NCBI GenBank assembly: GCA_031425455.1
Contig: JANPJJ010000152.1
Coordinates: forward strand, 1,411-65,410
From: Sandaracinobacter sp.
Lineage (GTDB): Bacteria; Pseudomonadota; Alphaproteobacteria; Sphingomonadales; Sphingomonadaceae
Length of the DNA: 64,000 nucleotides
Direction of reading: 5' to 3'
The notes under the pieces were generated by a model, which had not been told where the DNA came from, ran no database searches, and saw only the letters and a list, made by a program, of their open reading frames with translations. Shown piece by piece: positions 40,773-50,902 of this stretch (position 1 is the stretch's first letter; each line of letters opens with the position of its first letter). The position numbers were made by a program, and so were the translations under genes.

Positions 40773-40796
40773 CTCATTCTTCGGAAGAGGAACCAG

Positions 40797-41261
40797 ATGA
40801 TGACCGTCCAGAATCCCCCGCCCGGTTACACCGGTGTCACCCCTTATCTCGTCGTGAAGGACGCCGCTGCGGCAATCGCCTGGTACGAACGCGCGTTCGG
40901 CGCCGAATGCCTCTACAAGATGCAGTGGGGCGGCAAGATCGGCCATGCCGAGCTGTCGCTTGCCGGCGGCCACTTCATGCTCGCCGAGGAGTTTCCCGAC
41001 ATGGGCCATCTGTCGCCCGCCAGCCGCGGCGGCACCAGCGTTTCGATGCTGGTCTATGTGTCCGACGCCGATGCCGCCCACGCCCGCGTCATGGCCGAAG
41101 GCGCAACGCAGGATTTTCCGCTCGAAACCAAACCCTGGGGAGACCGCTCGGCCCAGGTCACCGACCCGTTCGGCCACCGCTGGACCATCGCGACGCACGT
41201 GGAGGACGTCTCCAACGAGGAGATCGACCGCCGCATGGCTGCAATGGCGCCCGCCAGCTGA
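40797..41261 (+). CDS. VOC/glyoxalase (PhnB-like) family protein
   Basis: VTPYLVV.DAAAAI.WY..AFGA, HAEL, KPWGDRSAQVTDPFGHRW. Confidence 0.92.
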   Translation: MMTVQNPPPGYTGVTPYLVVKDAAAAIAWYERAFGAECLYKMQWGGKIGHAELSLAGGHFMLAEEFPDMGHLSPASRGGTSVSMLVYVSDADAAHARVMAEGATQDFPLETKPWGDRSAQVTDPFGHRWTIATHVEDVSNEEIDRRMAAMAPAS

Positions 41262-41312
41262 GGAAAGTCGCGGCGTCGTTCGGGGAGGGTGGCTCCTTCA
41301 CCAGGCTGCGCC

Positions 41313-42557
41313 TCACTCGTGAAACTCGGCTGCTTCCGGGATGCGACCGAACGCGATCTTGGTGCCGATCAGGCCGGCGCGTCCGGTGGCGATCGGGCCC
41401 AGCGTCACCGCGTTGCGCCCGAAACGACTGTTGATCACGTCCATCGCGCGGGCGATGTTCAGCGTGGGTCGGGTGGGCCGCTCGAACAGGCTCAGCTGGG
41501 TGCCCAAGGCAGGGCGGATATCGTCCAGCGTGACACCGATGGTGCGGATTCGGTCTTGCCCCAGCGTGCCGGCAAGCCGAGGCCATAATTCGGCAAGCGC
41601 GTCCAGCAGCGGAAAGCTGTCGTCGGTCGGCGCGACCCGGCGCGTGGCGTGCCAGCCCTGCCTGGATTCCAGCCTGGCGTGGAGCGTTACATGGCGGGCG
41701 ACACATTCCGCGCGGCGCAGGCGGCTGGCCGCCTTCAGCAACAGGCGACGGGCCGTCTCTCGCGCGGTGTCGGCATCGCGGGCCTGGGGCGCCAGCACAT
41801 GGCTGTGCCCGATAGATCGGCTCTGCTGCGGCCGCTCGGGAAGATCGGCCCCGTGCAACGCGTACCACAGGCGCGATCCCACCACAGATCCCCAGGCGCT
41901 CCCGGCTGCGGTCGGGTCCTGCGCCAGAAGATCGGCCATGGTCCGAATACCCCGAGCGGAAAGGCGCGCCTCCATTTTCGCACCGATGCCTGGAATGTCG
42001 CGCAGCGGCAGTGGATGCAGCGCGTCGGGCAGGTCGCCGGCCTGCAGCACGGTCAGCCCATCGGGCTTCTGCATGTCGGCGGCGATCTTGGCCAGCAGCC
42101 GCGAAGGCGCAATCCCGACCGAGGCGGTCAGGCAATCCCCCACATTGGCGCGGATACCCGCCTTGATCCGCCGCGCCAGGTCGATCGCCCGCTCGAGACC
42201 GTTTTCGTTGTCCAGCAGCCGGCAGGCGACTTCGTCGATCGAACAGACATGGGTGACGGGGATATGCCGCCAGACTTCGGCAACGATCCGCTCGTGGAAT
42301 TCGGCGTACCGGCTATGGTCCCCGCCGGTGAAGATCAGGTGAGGGCACAGCCGCTTGGCCTCCCCCACGCGCATGCCCGTCTTGATGCCGAACGCCTTGG
42401 CTTCATAGCTGGCCGCGATGATGGTGCCCGAATCGACCCGCTCCGGCCCGACGGCAACCGCCTTGCCGCGAAGGGCCGGATCCAGCTGCTGTTCGACGCT
42501 CGCAAAATAGCTGTTCAAATCCAGATACAGCCATCGGAGGGGGCGAGCGCCGAACAT
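41313..42557 (-). CDS. dinB: Y-family DNA polymerase (DinB/Pol IV-like)
   Basis: DLNSYFASVEQ, AASYEAKAFG, CSIDEV catalytic motif, LAKIAADMQKPDG, IPGIG; LexA box upstream. Confidence 0.9.
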   Translation of the reverse strand: MFGARPLRWLYLDLNSYFASVEQQLDPALRGKAVAVGPERVDSGTIIAASYEAKAFGIKTGMRVGEAKRLCPHLIFTGGDHSRYAEFHERIVAEVWRHIPVTHVCSIDEVACRLLDNENGLERAIDLARRIKAGIRANVGDCLTASVGIAPSRLLAKIAADMQKPDGLTVLQAGDLPDALHPLPLRDIPGIGAKMEARLSARGIRTMADLLAQDPTAAGSAWGSVVGSRLWYALHGADLPERPQQSRSIGHSHVLAPQARDADTARETARRLLLKAASRLRRAECVARHVTLHARLESRQGWHATRRVAPTDDSFPLLDALAELWPRLAGTLGQDRIRTIGVTLDDIRPALGTQLSLFERPTRPTLNIARAMDVINSRFGRNAVTLGPIATGRAGLIGTKIAFGRIPEAAEFHE

Positions 42558-42563
42558 GACAGA

Positions 42564-42578
42564 GAACATAACAGGAAC
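42564..42578 (-). promoter_or_regulatory. LexA (SOS) box upstream of dinB
   Basis: GTTC-CTGTTAT-GTTC on the minus strand, 6 nt before the ATG. Confidence 0.85.
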
Positions 42579-42634
42579 AGTTGCGCAAGGGAAGCGCCTC
42601 GGCCATGATCCGCGGTAGTTTGGAGGGGGAAGGC

Positions 42635-43396
42635 ATGGCGGCACCAGACGACATCGCGGCGCCAGGAGCGGACGGGATCCGGGCTGTCGAGGCCGGCGAT
42701 ATCCAAGGCAAGCGCCTGCGCTATTATGATTATTGCATGGCAGCGTTCGTGGCCATCCTGATCTGCTCCAACCTGATCGGCGCGGGGAAAGTGGCGACCG
42801 TAAGCCTGCCGCTGATCGGAGCCGTCACGTTCGGTGCCGGGATATTATTCTTTCCGTTGAGCTATGTGCTGGGCGATGTTCTTACTGAGGTTTATGGCTA
42901 TGCCCGGGCCCGGCGCGTTGTTTGGGTCGGCTTTGCGGCCAGCGTTTTCGCCGCCGGGATGGCGGCAGTCGTGGTCGCAATGCCGCCGGCGGCCGACTGG
43001 AACGGCCAGGACGCGCTGGCAACGGTGCTCGGCCAGGCGCCCCGCATCTTCGCCGCCTCGATCCTGGCTTTCTGGGCCGGCGAGTTCGCCAACGCCTTTG
43101 TGCTGGCCCGCATGAAGCTCTGGACGGGCGGCAGATATCTCTGGACCCGCACCATCGGCTCTACCGTGGTGGGGCAGGGCGTCGACACCCTCATCTTCTA
43201 CCCGCTCGCCTTCTGGGGCATCTGGGAACCCGGCCTTATTGTAACCGTGATGATAACAAACTATCTGCTGAAGGTGGGCTGGGAAGTGCTGCTGACCCCG
43301 GTCACGTACCACGTCGTCGCCGGCTTCAAACGCGCCGAGGGCCTGGACGTATACGACCGGGAAACCGACTTCACGCCGTTCCGGACCCGGGTGTAA
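42635..43396 (+). CDS. yhhQ: Queuosine precursor transporter (VUT/YhhQ family)
   Basis: SNLIG.GK, FPLSY..GDVLTEVYGY, R.F.AS..AF..G...N..V, RTIGST..GQ.VDT. Confidence 0.92.
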   Translation: MAAPDDIAAPGADGIRAVEAGDIQGKRLRYYDYCMAAFVAILICSNLIGAGKVATVSLPLIGAVTFGAGILFFPLSYVLGDVLTEVYGYARARRVVWVGFAASVFAAGMAAVVVAMPPAADWNGQDALATVLGQAPRIFAASILAFWAGEFANAFVLARMKLWTGGRYLWTRTIGSTVVGQGVDTLIFYPLAFWGIWEPGLIVTVMITNYLLKVGWEVLLTPVTYHVVAGFKRAEGLDVYDRETDFTPFRTRV

Positions 43397-43480
43397 TCTG
43401 AGGGGATTGCAGGATACCAAGCTGCTGCTGATGGGCGCAACGGGGCTCGATAAGGATGCGTGAACGACTGCGGCAGGCGC

Positions 43481-44146
43481 TCAGGCAAGTATCATGAGGA
43501 GGCTCTCGAACAGCTTGCGGCCATCGGTCCCGCCATGGGCCGCTTCTACCACTCGCTCGGGATGCGGCATAAGCCCCAGCACATTGCGGCGGTCGTTCAC
43601 CACGCCGGCAATGTCGCGTGCCGATCCATTGACGGGCTCGGCGTAGCGGAATGCCACCTGGCCTTGCTGCTCCAGCCGGTCGAGCGTTTCCGCATCGGCC
43701 TGGAAATTGCCGTCATGATGGGCGACGGGGATGCCGATGATTTCCCCCGGTGCATAGGCCCGGGTGAAGGGGGTAGCGGTGGTGACAACCTCCAGGCGAA
43801 CGTCGCGGCAGACGAAATCGAGGCCCGCATTTCGCATCAAGGCGCCGGGCAGCAGGCCGGTTTCGGTAAGCACCTGAAAGCCGTTGCAGATGCCCAGCAC
43901 CGGCGTACCCCGCCCGGCTGCCGTTACCACTTCCCGCATGATGGGCGCTCGCGCGGCAATCGCACCCGAGCGAAGATAGTCCCCGTGGCTGAAGCCGCCA
44001 GGGAGCGCTATAAGATCAAGGCCTTCCGGCAGACTGCTCGTATCATGCCACAACGCAAGCGGCGCCTGCCCGGTGACACGCTCCAGCGCCACCATCAGAT
44101 CCCGGTCGCAGTTCGAGCCCGGGAAGACGACAACTGCCGTTTTCAC
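43481..44146 (-). CDS. purQ: FGAM synthase glutaminase subunit
   Basis: [36 protein letters not shown]. Confidence 0.98.
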   Translation of the reverse strand: MKTAVVVFPGSNCDRDLMVALERVTGQAPLALWHDTSSLPEGLDLIALPGGFSHGDYLRSGAIAARAPIMREVVTAAGRGTPVLGICNGFQVLTETGLLPGALMRNAGLDFVCRDVRLEVVTTATPFTRAYAPGEIIGIPVAHHDGNFQADAETLDRLEQQGQVAFRYAEPVNGSARDIAGVVNDRRNVLGLMPHPERVVEAAHGGTDGRKLFESLLMILA

Positions 44147-44156
44147 GCCGCAGCCT

Positions 44157-44387
44157 TCACGCCAGCTCGACCCGGAAATTCTCGATGACCATATTGGCCA
44201 GCAGCTTTCGCGCCATCTCGCCGACCTCGGCCTCGGTGGTGCCGTCTGCCACGTCCAGCTCGATCACCTTTCCGACGCGAACATCGGCGACCTGGCCGAA
44301 CCCCAGCCCCTCCAGCGCATGATGGATGGCGCGTCCCTGCGGGTCCAGCACCCCGGGCTTCAGCGAAACGGTGACTCGGGCTTTCAT
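44157..44387 (-). CDS. purS: FGAM synthase PurS subunit
   Basis: [25 protein letters not shown]; directly upstream of purQ. Confidence 0.97.
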   Translation of the reverse strand: MKARVTVSLKPGVLDPQGRAIHHALEGLGFGQVADVRVGKVIELDVADGTTEAEVGEMARKLLANMVIENFRVELA

Positions 44388-44511
44388 GCGCGAGCCTATG
44401 CGACAACGGATCGGTCAAGGGAAGTAGGGCAATTGACCGACCCGATTGCGCCGTCCACTATCGGCACATGGGGGGACATATCTTCAACTCAGCCGTAGCA
44501 GGGGTCGGGTC

Positions 44512-45720
44512 ATGACAGCCCCGTCGCGCTGGCTGATCATCATGGTCGGCGTTGCCATCGGGCTCAACTATATCGATCGCGGCGCGGTTTCCGTTGCGGC
44601 GCCACTGATCCGGGACGAGTTGGGCCTTTCTGCCACAGGCTACGGCCTCGTGGTGTCCGCCTTTTTCTGGACCTATGTGCCAGCGCTGATCGCCGCCGGG
44701 TGGCTGGCAGACCGGGTGTCGGTGCATCGGCTGATGGCGGCCGGCGTTGCCATCTGGGCAGTCGCCACCTTGCTGACAGGCTTTGCCGGCGGCTTGCTGG
44801 GGCTCATCCTGTTCCGGCTGCTGATGGGGGTCGGCGAGGGCGTCGCCTTTCCGTGCGGCTCGAGGATGCTGGCCGCAGTTCCGGAAGCGAAGCGAGGCAC
44901 CGCGAACATCGCTCTGGCCTTGCCGCTCGCCGTCGGGCCGCTCGCCGGCACGCTGCTGGGCGGGCTCATTCTCACGCACCTGGGCTGGCGGGCCATGTTC
45001 CTGATCTTCGGCGTCATGACCTTGCTCTGGTTGATTCCTTGGGCCCGCGTGCGGCCCTCGGAAGCGACGGCCCATGCCACCATGCCGGCCGTGCGCTACC
45101 CGGAGCTCATGGCCTGCCGGTCGCTCTGGCTGATGTCGCTGGTGCATTTTTCCACCAGCTATGCGCTGTATTTCGTGATCGCCTGGATGCCGCTCTATCT
45201 GGTCGGCGTGCGCGGATACGATATCGGGCAGATGGCGCTGCTGACGGGCCTGTTCTATCTGGTGCAGGCGCTGAGCGGGACGGCCGTGACGCTGATAAGC
45301 GACCGTCTGATCGCGGGCGGGCGAAGTGCCTCGGCCGTTCGCCGTGCACAGATGCTGGCGTCGACGGCGGTGGCAAGCGCCGGCATCCTGCTGATCCCGC
45401 TGTCCGGCGGGCTGGCGTCTCTGATCGGGGCGTTGGTTGTAACGGCAATCGGGTTTGGCCCGGTGGGCGCGATGCTGTTCGCCACCGGGCAGACATTGGC
45501 GGGCGTCGGGTCGGCGGGCAGGTGGATGGGGGTGCAGAGCAGCTTTGGCAATCTGGCGGGGATTACGGGGCCCGTTGCAACAGGGCTGATCGTCGACTCG
45601 CTGGGCTATGGCCCTGCCTTCGCGCTGACGGCTGCGATCAGCGTCAGCGGCGCGCTGGTCTTCGCGTTCGGCGTGCCGCGGATCGCGCCGGTGGAATGGG
45701 CGCCCGTCACGTCAACCTGA
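44512..45720 (+). CDS. MFS transporter (anion:cation symporter-like)
   Basis: NYIDRGAVSVA, GWLADR, RLLMGVGEG..FP, GNLAGI.GP; about 12 TM. Confidence 0.9.
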   Translation: MTAPSRWLIIMVGVAIGLNYIDRGAVSVAAPLIRDELGLSATGYGLVVSAFFWTYVPALIAAGWLADRVSVHRLMAAGVAIWAVATLLTGFAGGLLGLILFRLLMGVGEGVAFPCGSRMLAAVPEAKRGTANIALALPLAVGPLAGTLLGGLILTHLGWRAMFLIFGVMTLLWLIPWARVRPSEATAHATMPAVRYPELMACRSLWLMSLVHFSTSYALYFVIAWMPLYLVGVRGYDIGQMALLTGLFYLVQALSGTAVTLISDRLIAGGRSASAVRRAQMLASTAVASAGILLIPLSGGLASLIGALVVTAIGFGPVGAMLFATGQTLAGVGSAGRWMGVQSSFGNLAGITGPVATGLIVDSLGYGPAFALTAAISVSGALVFAFGVPRIAPVEWAPVTST

Positions 45721-45726
45721 CCGGCC

Positions 45727-46755
45727 CTATCTGGCCAACCGCTCCACTGCGGCAAGCGCCTGGGCAAAGGCGGGCGTGCCTGGCACCACCACTTCGAAGT
45801 GACCGGCCATGGGCGCGATCTGGATATCGGCGCGGTCCCCCGCCTTGCGCGCCGCCATGGCAAATTGCAGGCCGACATAGGGGTAGGTCACCGAATCGTA
45901 AACGCCGTGAAGCAGCACAATCGGCACCCCGGTCGGCAAAAGTGCGGCCGGCGATGTATCGGCAAAAGGATCGGCGCGCGGGATCGGTGCAGCGGCTTCG
46001 GCGGGAACCGTCGCGCCCTCGGCAGCCGCTTCGGCCGCAGCCGGGGCGACAGCCTCCGCAGCAGCAGGCAGTCCCACCAGCTTCGCCAGCGTGCCGGGCG
46101 CGCAGATCGGGTCCACCTGGTCCGCGAACCACTTCAGGTCGCCGATGCTGCCCACGCCGACCACGCCGCGCGGCTTCAGCGGGGTGTCGCTCCGCAGCAC
46201 GCTGTCGGCAGGCAGCTTGGCGCGGCCGGCCGCCCAGAGCGCCAGATGCGCGCCAGCCGAGTGGCCGAACAGTATGACGCGTTGCAGGTCCAGCTTGTTC
46301 GCCTCGGCCTGCTCGCGGAGCAGATCCAGCGCCTTGGCCACATCCTGGAACGTCCCGGGATAACCGCCGCCCGGTTCGTCAACGCGGCGATAGCCGATGT
46401 TCCAGACGGCAAAGCCCTTGTCGAGGAAACTGGCCGCGGCCGCCCGCATCTGTTCGCGGCCCGCGGTGGACGCCACCCAGCAGCCGCCATGAATGGTGAC
46501 GACCACGGGGCGCAGCGCATCCGGGTTCGCCGGGTCCGGTCGCGGCAGGAACAGCTCGGCCTTCTGGACTTCGGCCTCGCCGTAGCCAAGCACCTGGTCG
46601 GGCGTCGCCGCCGGCGCCGACGCGATACTGCGCGGTGTCATCAGCCGGGGCAAAGGCGGGGGGCCCGCAGGCTGCGCCAGCGCCGGCGCCGCCAGAGGCA
46701 GCAGGATGACCGCCACGGCATTCAACAGCAACGTCTGGCGCCAGCTAATGCTCAC
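45727..46755 (-). CDS. Secreted alpha/beta hydrolase (HSL-like esterase)
   Basis: Signal peptide, HGGCW oxyanion motif, WNIGYRR, GHSAG nucleophile, HG.YD, GHF. Confidence 0.9.
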   Translation of the reverse strand: MSISWRQTLLLNAVAVILLPLAAPALAQPAGPPPLPRLMTPRSIASAPAATPDQVLGYGEAEVQKAELFLPRPDPANPDALRPVVVTIHGGCWVASTAGREQMRAAAASFLDKGFAVWNIGYRRVDEPGGGYPGTFQDVAKALDLLREQAEANKLDLQRVILFGHSAGAHLALWAAGRAKLPADSVLRSDTPLKPRGVVGVGSIGDLKWFADQVDPICAPGTLAKLVGLPAAAEAVAPAAAEAAAEGATVPAEAAAPIPRADPFADTSPAALLPTGVPIVLLHGVYDSVTYPYVGLQFAMAARKAGDRADIQIAPMAGHFEVVVPGTPAFAQALAAVERLAR

Positions 46756-46765
46756 TTGGCCTTGC

Positions 46766-47548
46766 TCACTTGCTCGTGCGGGCTTTGCGCGCTTCGTTCA
46801 GGTCCAGCACGGCGTTGTCGCTGCCTTCGGGCAGCAGGCCCAGGCGCCGCGCGACTTCCTGGTAAGCCTCAACCTCCCCACCGAGATCGCGGCGGAACCT
46901 GTCCTTGTCGAGCTTTTCGTTGGTCTTCATATCCCAGAGCCGGCAGCCGTCGGGGCTGATCTCGTCGGCCAGGATCACCCGGCTGAAATCATCTTCCCAC
47001 AAACGCCCGAACTCCAGCTTGAAGTCGACCAGGCGGATCCCGATGCCGGCGAACAGGCCCGTGAGGAAATCGTTGGTGCGGATCGCCATGTCGACCATGT
47101 CGGCAAGCTCGTCCTGCCCGGCCCAGCCGAAGCAGGCGACATGCTCCTCGGTCACGAGCGGGTCCCCGAGAGCGTCGTCCTTGTAGTAATACTCCAGGAT
47201 GGTCCGGGGCAGCTGCACGCCCTCTTCGATGCCCAAGCGCTTCGCCAGCGACCCCGCGGCGACATTGCGAACCACGACTTCCAGCGGGATAATCTCAACC
47301 TGCCGAACCAGTTGCTCCCGCATGTTAAGGCGACGAATGAAGTGAGTGGGGATGCCGATCGTCCCGAGCAATGTGAACAGATGTTCCGAAATGCGGTTGT
47401 TCAGCACGCCCTTGCCGGAAATCGTCCCCTTTTTCTGGGCGTTGAAGGCGGTCGCGTCGTCCTTGAAATACTGGATCAGCGTGCCGGGCTCCGGACCCTC
47501 ATAGAGGATCTTGGCCTTGCCCTCGTAGATCTGGCGGCGGCGGGACAT
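46766..47548 (-). CDS. purC: SAICAR synthase
   Basis: [49 protein letters not shown]. Confidence 0.98.
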   Translation of the reverse strand: MSRRRQIYEGKAKILYEGPEPGTLIQYFKDDATAFNAQKKGTISGKGVLNNRISEHLFTLLGTIGIPTHFIRRLNMREQLVRQVEIIPLEVVVRNVAAGSLAKRLGIEEGVQLPRTILEYYYKDDALGDPLVTEEHVACFGWAGQDELADMVDMAIRTNDFLTGLFAGIGIRLVDFKLEFGRLWEDDFSRVILADEISPDGCRLWDMKTNEKLDKDRFRRDLGGEVEAYQEVARRLGLLPEGSDNAVLDLNEARKARTSK

Positions 47549-47623
47549 GTTTCTTGTTTCCTTGGGTGATTGAACCAAGGGCATAGCGGGTTCCCGGGGC
47601 CGGGGCAACGCAGCCGCCGGCGG

Positions 47624-48346
47624 TCAGCGGCAATAGCCACCGAACAGCCCGCTGCCGCGCTGCGACATGTCGAGGTGGAAATGATCGGCATGGGCGGCAT
47701 TGTAATCGGGCGAAAGCGTGGTGCCATAGAGGCGGCACGCCCCGTCCCGGACCTCGCGCAGAAAGGCCTGCTCGGCCGGGCTGCCGTTCCAGTGCCGGGC
47801 AATCGCCACCTGGCGGCCGTCGACAAGGCGGAAGCCGGCAACGTCGAGCGCGTTGGCGCGGGCATGTTCCGACAGCTCGGTATCGGACCGGCCATAGGTG
47901 TTGCGGCAGGCGTAGGTGCCGAAATGGTCGATTGCGATGACACGGGCGCCGAAATGCACCTGCGCGGCAGGCTGCACGATATCGCGCAGCCAGAGATGGG
48001 TGGCGGCCGCCATCGCGCACGACATGCCGGGGCTGTCCGGACGAAAGGCAATGGCGCTCCGGCCGGGTTGCAGCCGCACCGCATCGGAGTAGCCGCAGCG
48101 GCCGTTCTGCAACGGGGGGAGCGGCGTATGCGCGACCGCGCCGGTGCGCAGGATTTCACGGCAGAGGGCGGGATCCCTCGCCAGCAGCGCCAGCCGGGCG
48201 CCGGTGGTCCGGTCGGTCGGCGCGGCAAGATCGGGCGGGCCGAGCAACGGCGTGCGCAGGCTGCCCGCGCAGGAGGCCACCAGCACGGCCAGCGTGCCGG
48301 TGAGCAGCAGGAAAGTGAGGACGCGACGCACGGCAGGGACCAGCAT
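47624..48346 (-). CDS. Extensin-like C-terminal domain protein
   Basis: HFGTYACR, SEHARANALD, LSPDYNAAHADHFHLD. Confidence 0.9.
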   Translation of the reverse strand: MLVPAVRRVLTFLLLTGTLAVLVASCAGSLRTPLLGPPDLAAPTDRTTGARLALLARDPALCREILRTGAVAHTPLPPLQNGRCGYSDAVRLQPGRSAIAFRPDSPGMSCAMAAATHLWLRDIVQPAAQVHFGARVIAIDHFGTYACRNTYGRSDTELSEHARANALDVAGFRLVDGRQVAIARHWNGSPAEQAFLREVRDGACRLYGTTLSPDYNAAHADHFHLDMSQRGSGLFGGYCR

Positions 48347-48391
48347 GAAGCGGGAACGAGCGGCGATCGCCCTCGTTCCCGCGCAGGTTCG

Positions 48392-49396
48392 TCAGAGCCT
48401 GACCAGCATCTTGCCGGTGTTGCCGCCCGAAAACAGGCCGATGAACGCATCGGGTGCCTTCTCGATCCCGTCGAAGATGGTCTCTTCCCAGCGGACTTTG
48501 CCTTCGGCGATCCAGCCCCCCATGTCGGCCAGGAACTGCGGTTGCAACTGGGCGAACTGGGTCACGATGAAGCCCTGCATCTTCAGGGATTTGCCGATCA
48601 CCATGATGATGTTGCTAGGGCCCGGGGCAGGTTCGGTCGCGTTATAGTTGGCGATCATGCCGCATTCCACCAGCCGACCGAAGGGGCGGGCGAGTTCGAT
48701 CGCGACTTCCAGATGTTCGCCGCCGACATTGTCGAAATAAATGTCGATGCCCTTCGGCACCGCGGCGCGGACGGCTTCGATCAAGCTGCCGCACGTCTTG
48801 TAGTTGATCGCATGGTCGACGCCGGCGGCCTTCAGCCAGGCGCATTTCTCGTCGCTGCCAGCTGTCGCCACGACGGTGCAGCCCTTGATCTTCGCGATCT
48901 GGGCGACCACCGATCCCACGGCACCGGCCCCACCGGAAACGAACACCGTTTCGCCGGGCTTGGGGTCGCCGATCTGCAACAGCCCCGCATATCCGGTAAG
49001 GCCGGGCATGCCGAGCACGCCGAGAAACGCCTGGGGCGGCACCCGGTCGAGCGCGGGGAGTTTCTGCAGCGCGGCCGCCGGCGCCACATAGGCTTCGCGC
49101 CAGCCGAACATCGAGTTCACCAGGTCGCCCGGGGCGAAACCCGGATCGTTGGAGGCGACGATTTCGCCGACGGCACCGCCTTGCAGCGCCTCCCCGATCT
49201 GGAACGGCGGGACATAGCTGGGGCGATCGTACATCCGGCCGCGCATATAGGGATCGACCGACATGAAGCGGTTCCGCACCAGCACGTCACCGGTGCCGGG
49301 CACGGCAAGCGTTGTGGTGGCGAGCTCGAAATGCTCGGCCGACGGCGTGCCGACCGGGCGGCTGTTCAGGCGGATTTCGCGGCTGGTGGTCATCAT
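48392..49396 (-). CDS. NADP-dependent oxidoreductase (CurA/prostaglandin reductase-like)
   Basis: SVDPYMRGRM, LGVLGMPGLTGY, SGGAGAVGS, YFDNVGG, GNTGKMLV. Confidence 0.93.
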   Translation of the reverse strand: MMTTSREIRLNSRPVGTPSAEHFELATTTLAVPGTGDVLVRNRFMSVDPYMRGRMYDRPSYVPPFQIGEALQGGAVGEIVASNDPGFAPGDLVNSMFGWREAYVAPAAALQKLPALDRVPPQAFLGVLGMPGLTGYAGLLQIGDPKPGETVFVSGGAGAVGSVVAQIAKIKGCTVVATAGSDEKCAWLKAAGVDHAINYKTCGSLIEAVRAAVPKGIDIYFDNVGGEHLEVAIELARPFGRLVECGMIANYNATEPAPGPSNIIMVIGKSLKMQGFIVTQFAQLQPQFLADMGGWIAEGKVRWEETIFDGIEKAPDAFIGLFSGGNTGKMLVRL

Positions 49397-49453
49397 CGGT
49401 CTCCCCAGAGCTTCCATGCTGTGTACGATATCGGATGCGAAACAGGCGCCGCG

Positions 49454-50410
49454 TCAGGCCGACGGCCGGGTGTGTTTACGCAGGCGTTTCAAACGATCGA
49501 CGATGAAGGCGATGACCAAGCCGATCGCGACCCCGAACAGGCCGGCGAGCGCGGCGTAGACGATCCATTCCACGGCGGCCTGCGCTGCCGGCAGAGCGGT
49601 TCCAACGGCATGCGACCAGTCGTGGAACAGCCGAGGCAGCACTTCCGCGATCCCCAGTTCCTCCATGCCGTGAAGGACGATCCCGCCGCCGACCCACGCC
49701 ATGGCGGCAGTGCCGATGATGCTGAGCGCGGCCAGGAGCTTCGGCATGCCCGCCACCAGCCCGCGGCCGACCGCCTGGCTTGCGCCGCTGTCGTAGGTCG
49801 CAAGCTTCACGCCGACATCGTCCATCTTCACGATCAAGGCGACCGCGCCATAGACCAGGACCGTGACGGCGAGCGACACGCCTGCCAGCGCGGCGGCCGT
49901 GGTGACGAGCGAAAGGGCGGCAAGCTCCCCCAGGGCGATCGCCAGGATCTCGGCGGAGAGGATGAGGTCGGTCCGGATGGCGCCCGCCACCATGGTCGCC
50001 TCGCGCTCGGCGGGCTCCATCACCACCGGCGCGTCGTTGCTGTGGTCTTCGTGAAGCCCGATCTTCTCCATCACTTTTTCGGCCGCCTCGAAGCACAGAA
50101 AGGCGCCGCCGATCATCAGCAGCGGGGTGAGCGCCTGCGGCAGGAACGCCGCCAGCAGCAGGAAGCCCGGCAGCAGGAACAGAAGCTTGTTCCGAAGCGA
50201 CCCCTTGGCGATCTTCCAGATAATCGGCAGTTCGCGTTCGGGAGTGAAGCCAGTGACATAGGTGGGGGTGACGGCCGCATCGTCGATCACCACGCCGGCC
50301 GATTTGGCGCCGGCCCGGGCGGTCGCGGCGGCGATGTCGTCGAGCGAGGCGGCGGCGACCTTGGCGATCGCGGCGACGTCGTCGAGAAGTGCAATGAGAC
50401 CTGAAGCCAT
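49454..50410 (-). CDS. DUF808 (YedI-like) inner membrane protein
   Basis: GLIALLDD, GVVIDDAAVTP, RELPIIWKIAKGS..NK, AIRTDLILSAEI. Confidence 0.93.
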   Translation of the reverse strand: MASGLIALLDDVAAIAKVAAASLDDIAAATARAGAKSAGVVIDDAAVTPTYVTGFTPERELPIIWKIAKGSLRNKLLFLLPGFLLLAAFLPQALTPLLMIGGAFLCFEAAEKVMEKIGLHEDHSNDAPVVMEPAEREATMVAGAIRTDLILSAEILAIALGELAALSLVTTAAALAGVSLAVTVLVYGAVALIVKMDDVGVKLATYDSGASQAVGRGLVAGMPKLLAALSIIGTAAMAWVGGGIVLHGMEELGIAEVLPRLFHDWSHAVGTALPAAQAAVEWIVYAALAGLFGVAIGLVIAFIVDRLKRLRKHTRPSA

Positions 50411-50419
50411 CGAACGGCC

Positions 50420-50902
50420 TTAGCTGGAGTTGCGGAGCGAGGCGATGGCCTGCGTGGCGAGCGCGTCGGCGCGTTCGTTCATCGGATGGCCGGCGTGGCC
50501 CTTCACCCACTCCCAGCGGATGCGGTGCGGCCTGGCGGCGGCGTCGAGCGCGAGCCAGAGGTCGGCGTTCTTCACCGGCTCCTTTGCGGCATTGCGCCAG
50601 CCGTTGCGCTTCCAGCCGGGAAGCCACTTCATCATGCCGTCCATCAGATAGCGACTGTCGGTGACCAGGGTCACGGCGGCAGGCTTCTTCAGCGCTTCCA
50701 GGGCCTTCAGGGCGGCGGTCATTTCCATCCGGTTGTTGGTCGTATGGGCTTCGGCGCCGGTCAGGATCTTCTCCGTCCCGTTCCAGGTCAGGATGGCCGC
50801 CCAGCCGCCGGGGCCCGGATTGCCTTTGCAGGCACCGTCCGTGGCTATGCGAACCTCCGGTCCGCCGTCAGTCGTGATGCGCATCTCAGGCAAGGCGGGC
50901 AT
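50420..50902 (-). CDS. rnhA: Ribonuclease HI
   Basis: [39 protein letters not shown]...NERAD.LA. Confidence 0.97.
   Translation of the reverse strand: MPALPEMRITTDGGPEVRIATDGACKGNPGPGGWAAILTWNGTEKILTGAEAHTTNNRMEMTAALKALEALKKPAAVTLVTDSRYLMDGMMKWLPGWKRNGWRNAAKEPVKNADLWLALDAAARPHRIRWEWVKGHAGHPMNERADALATQAIASLRNSS

Noticed and set aside
41313-42557. Catalytically dead ImuB
   Set aside because: Catalytic DLNSYFAS and SIDE acidic residues are intact and no imuA or dnaE2 is adjacent.
47570-50404. 944-aa plus-strand ORF
   Set aside because: Antisense shadow of the extensin-like, oxidoreductase and DUF808 genes; Arg/Gly/Ala-rich with no motifs. Such shadows are expected at high GC.
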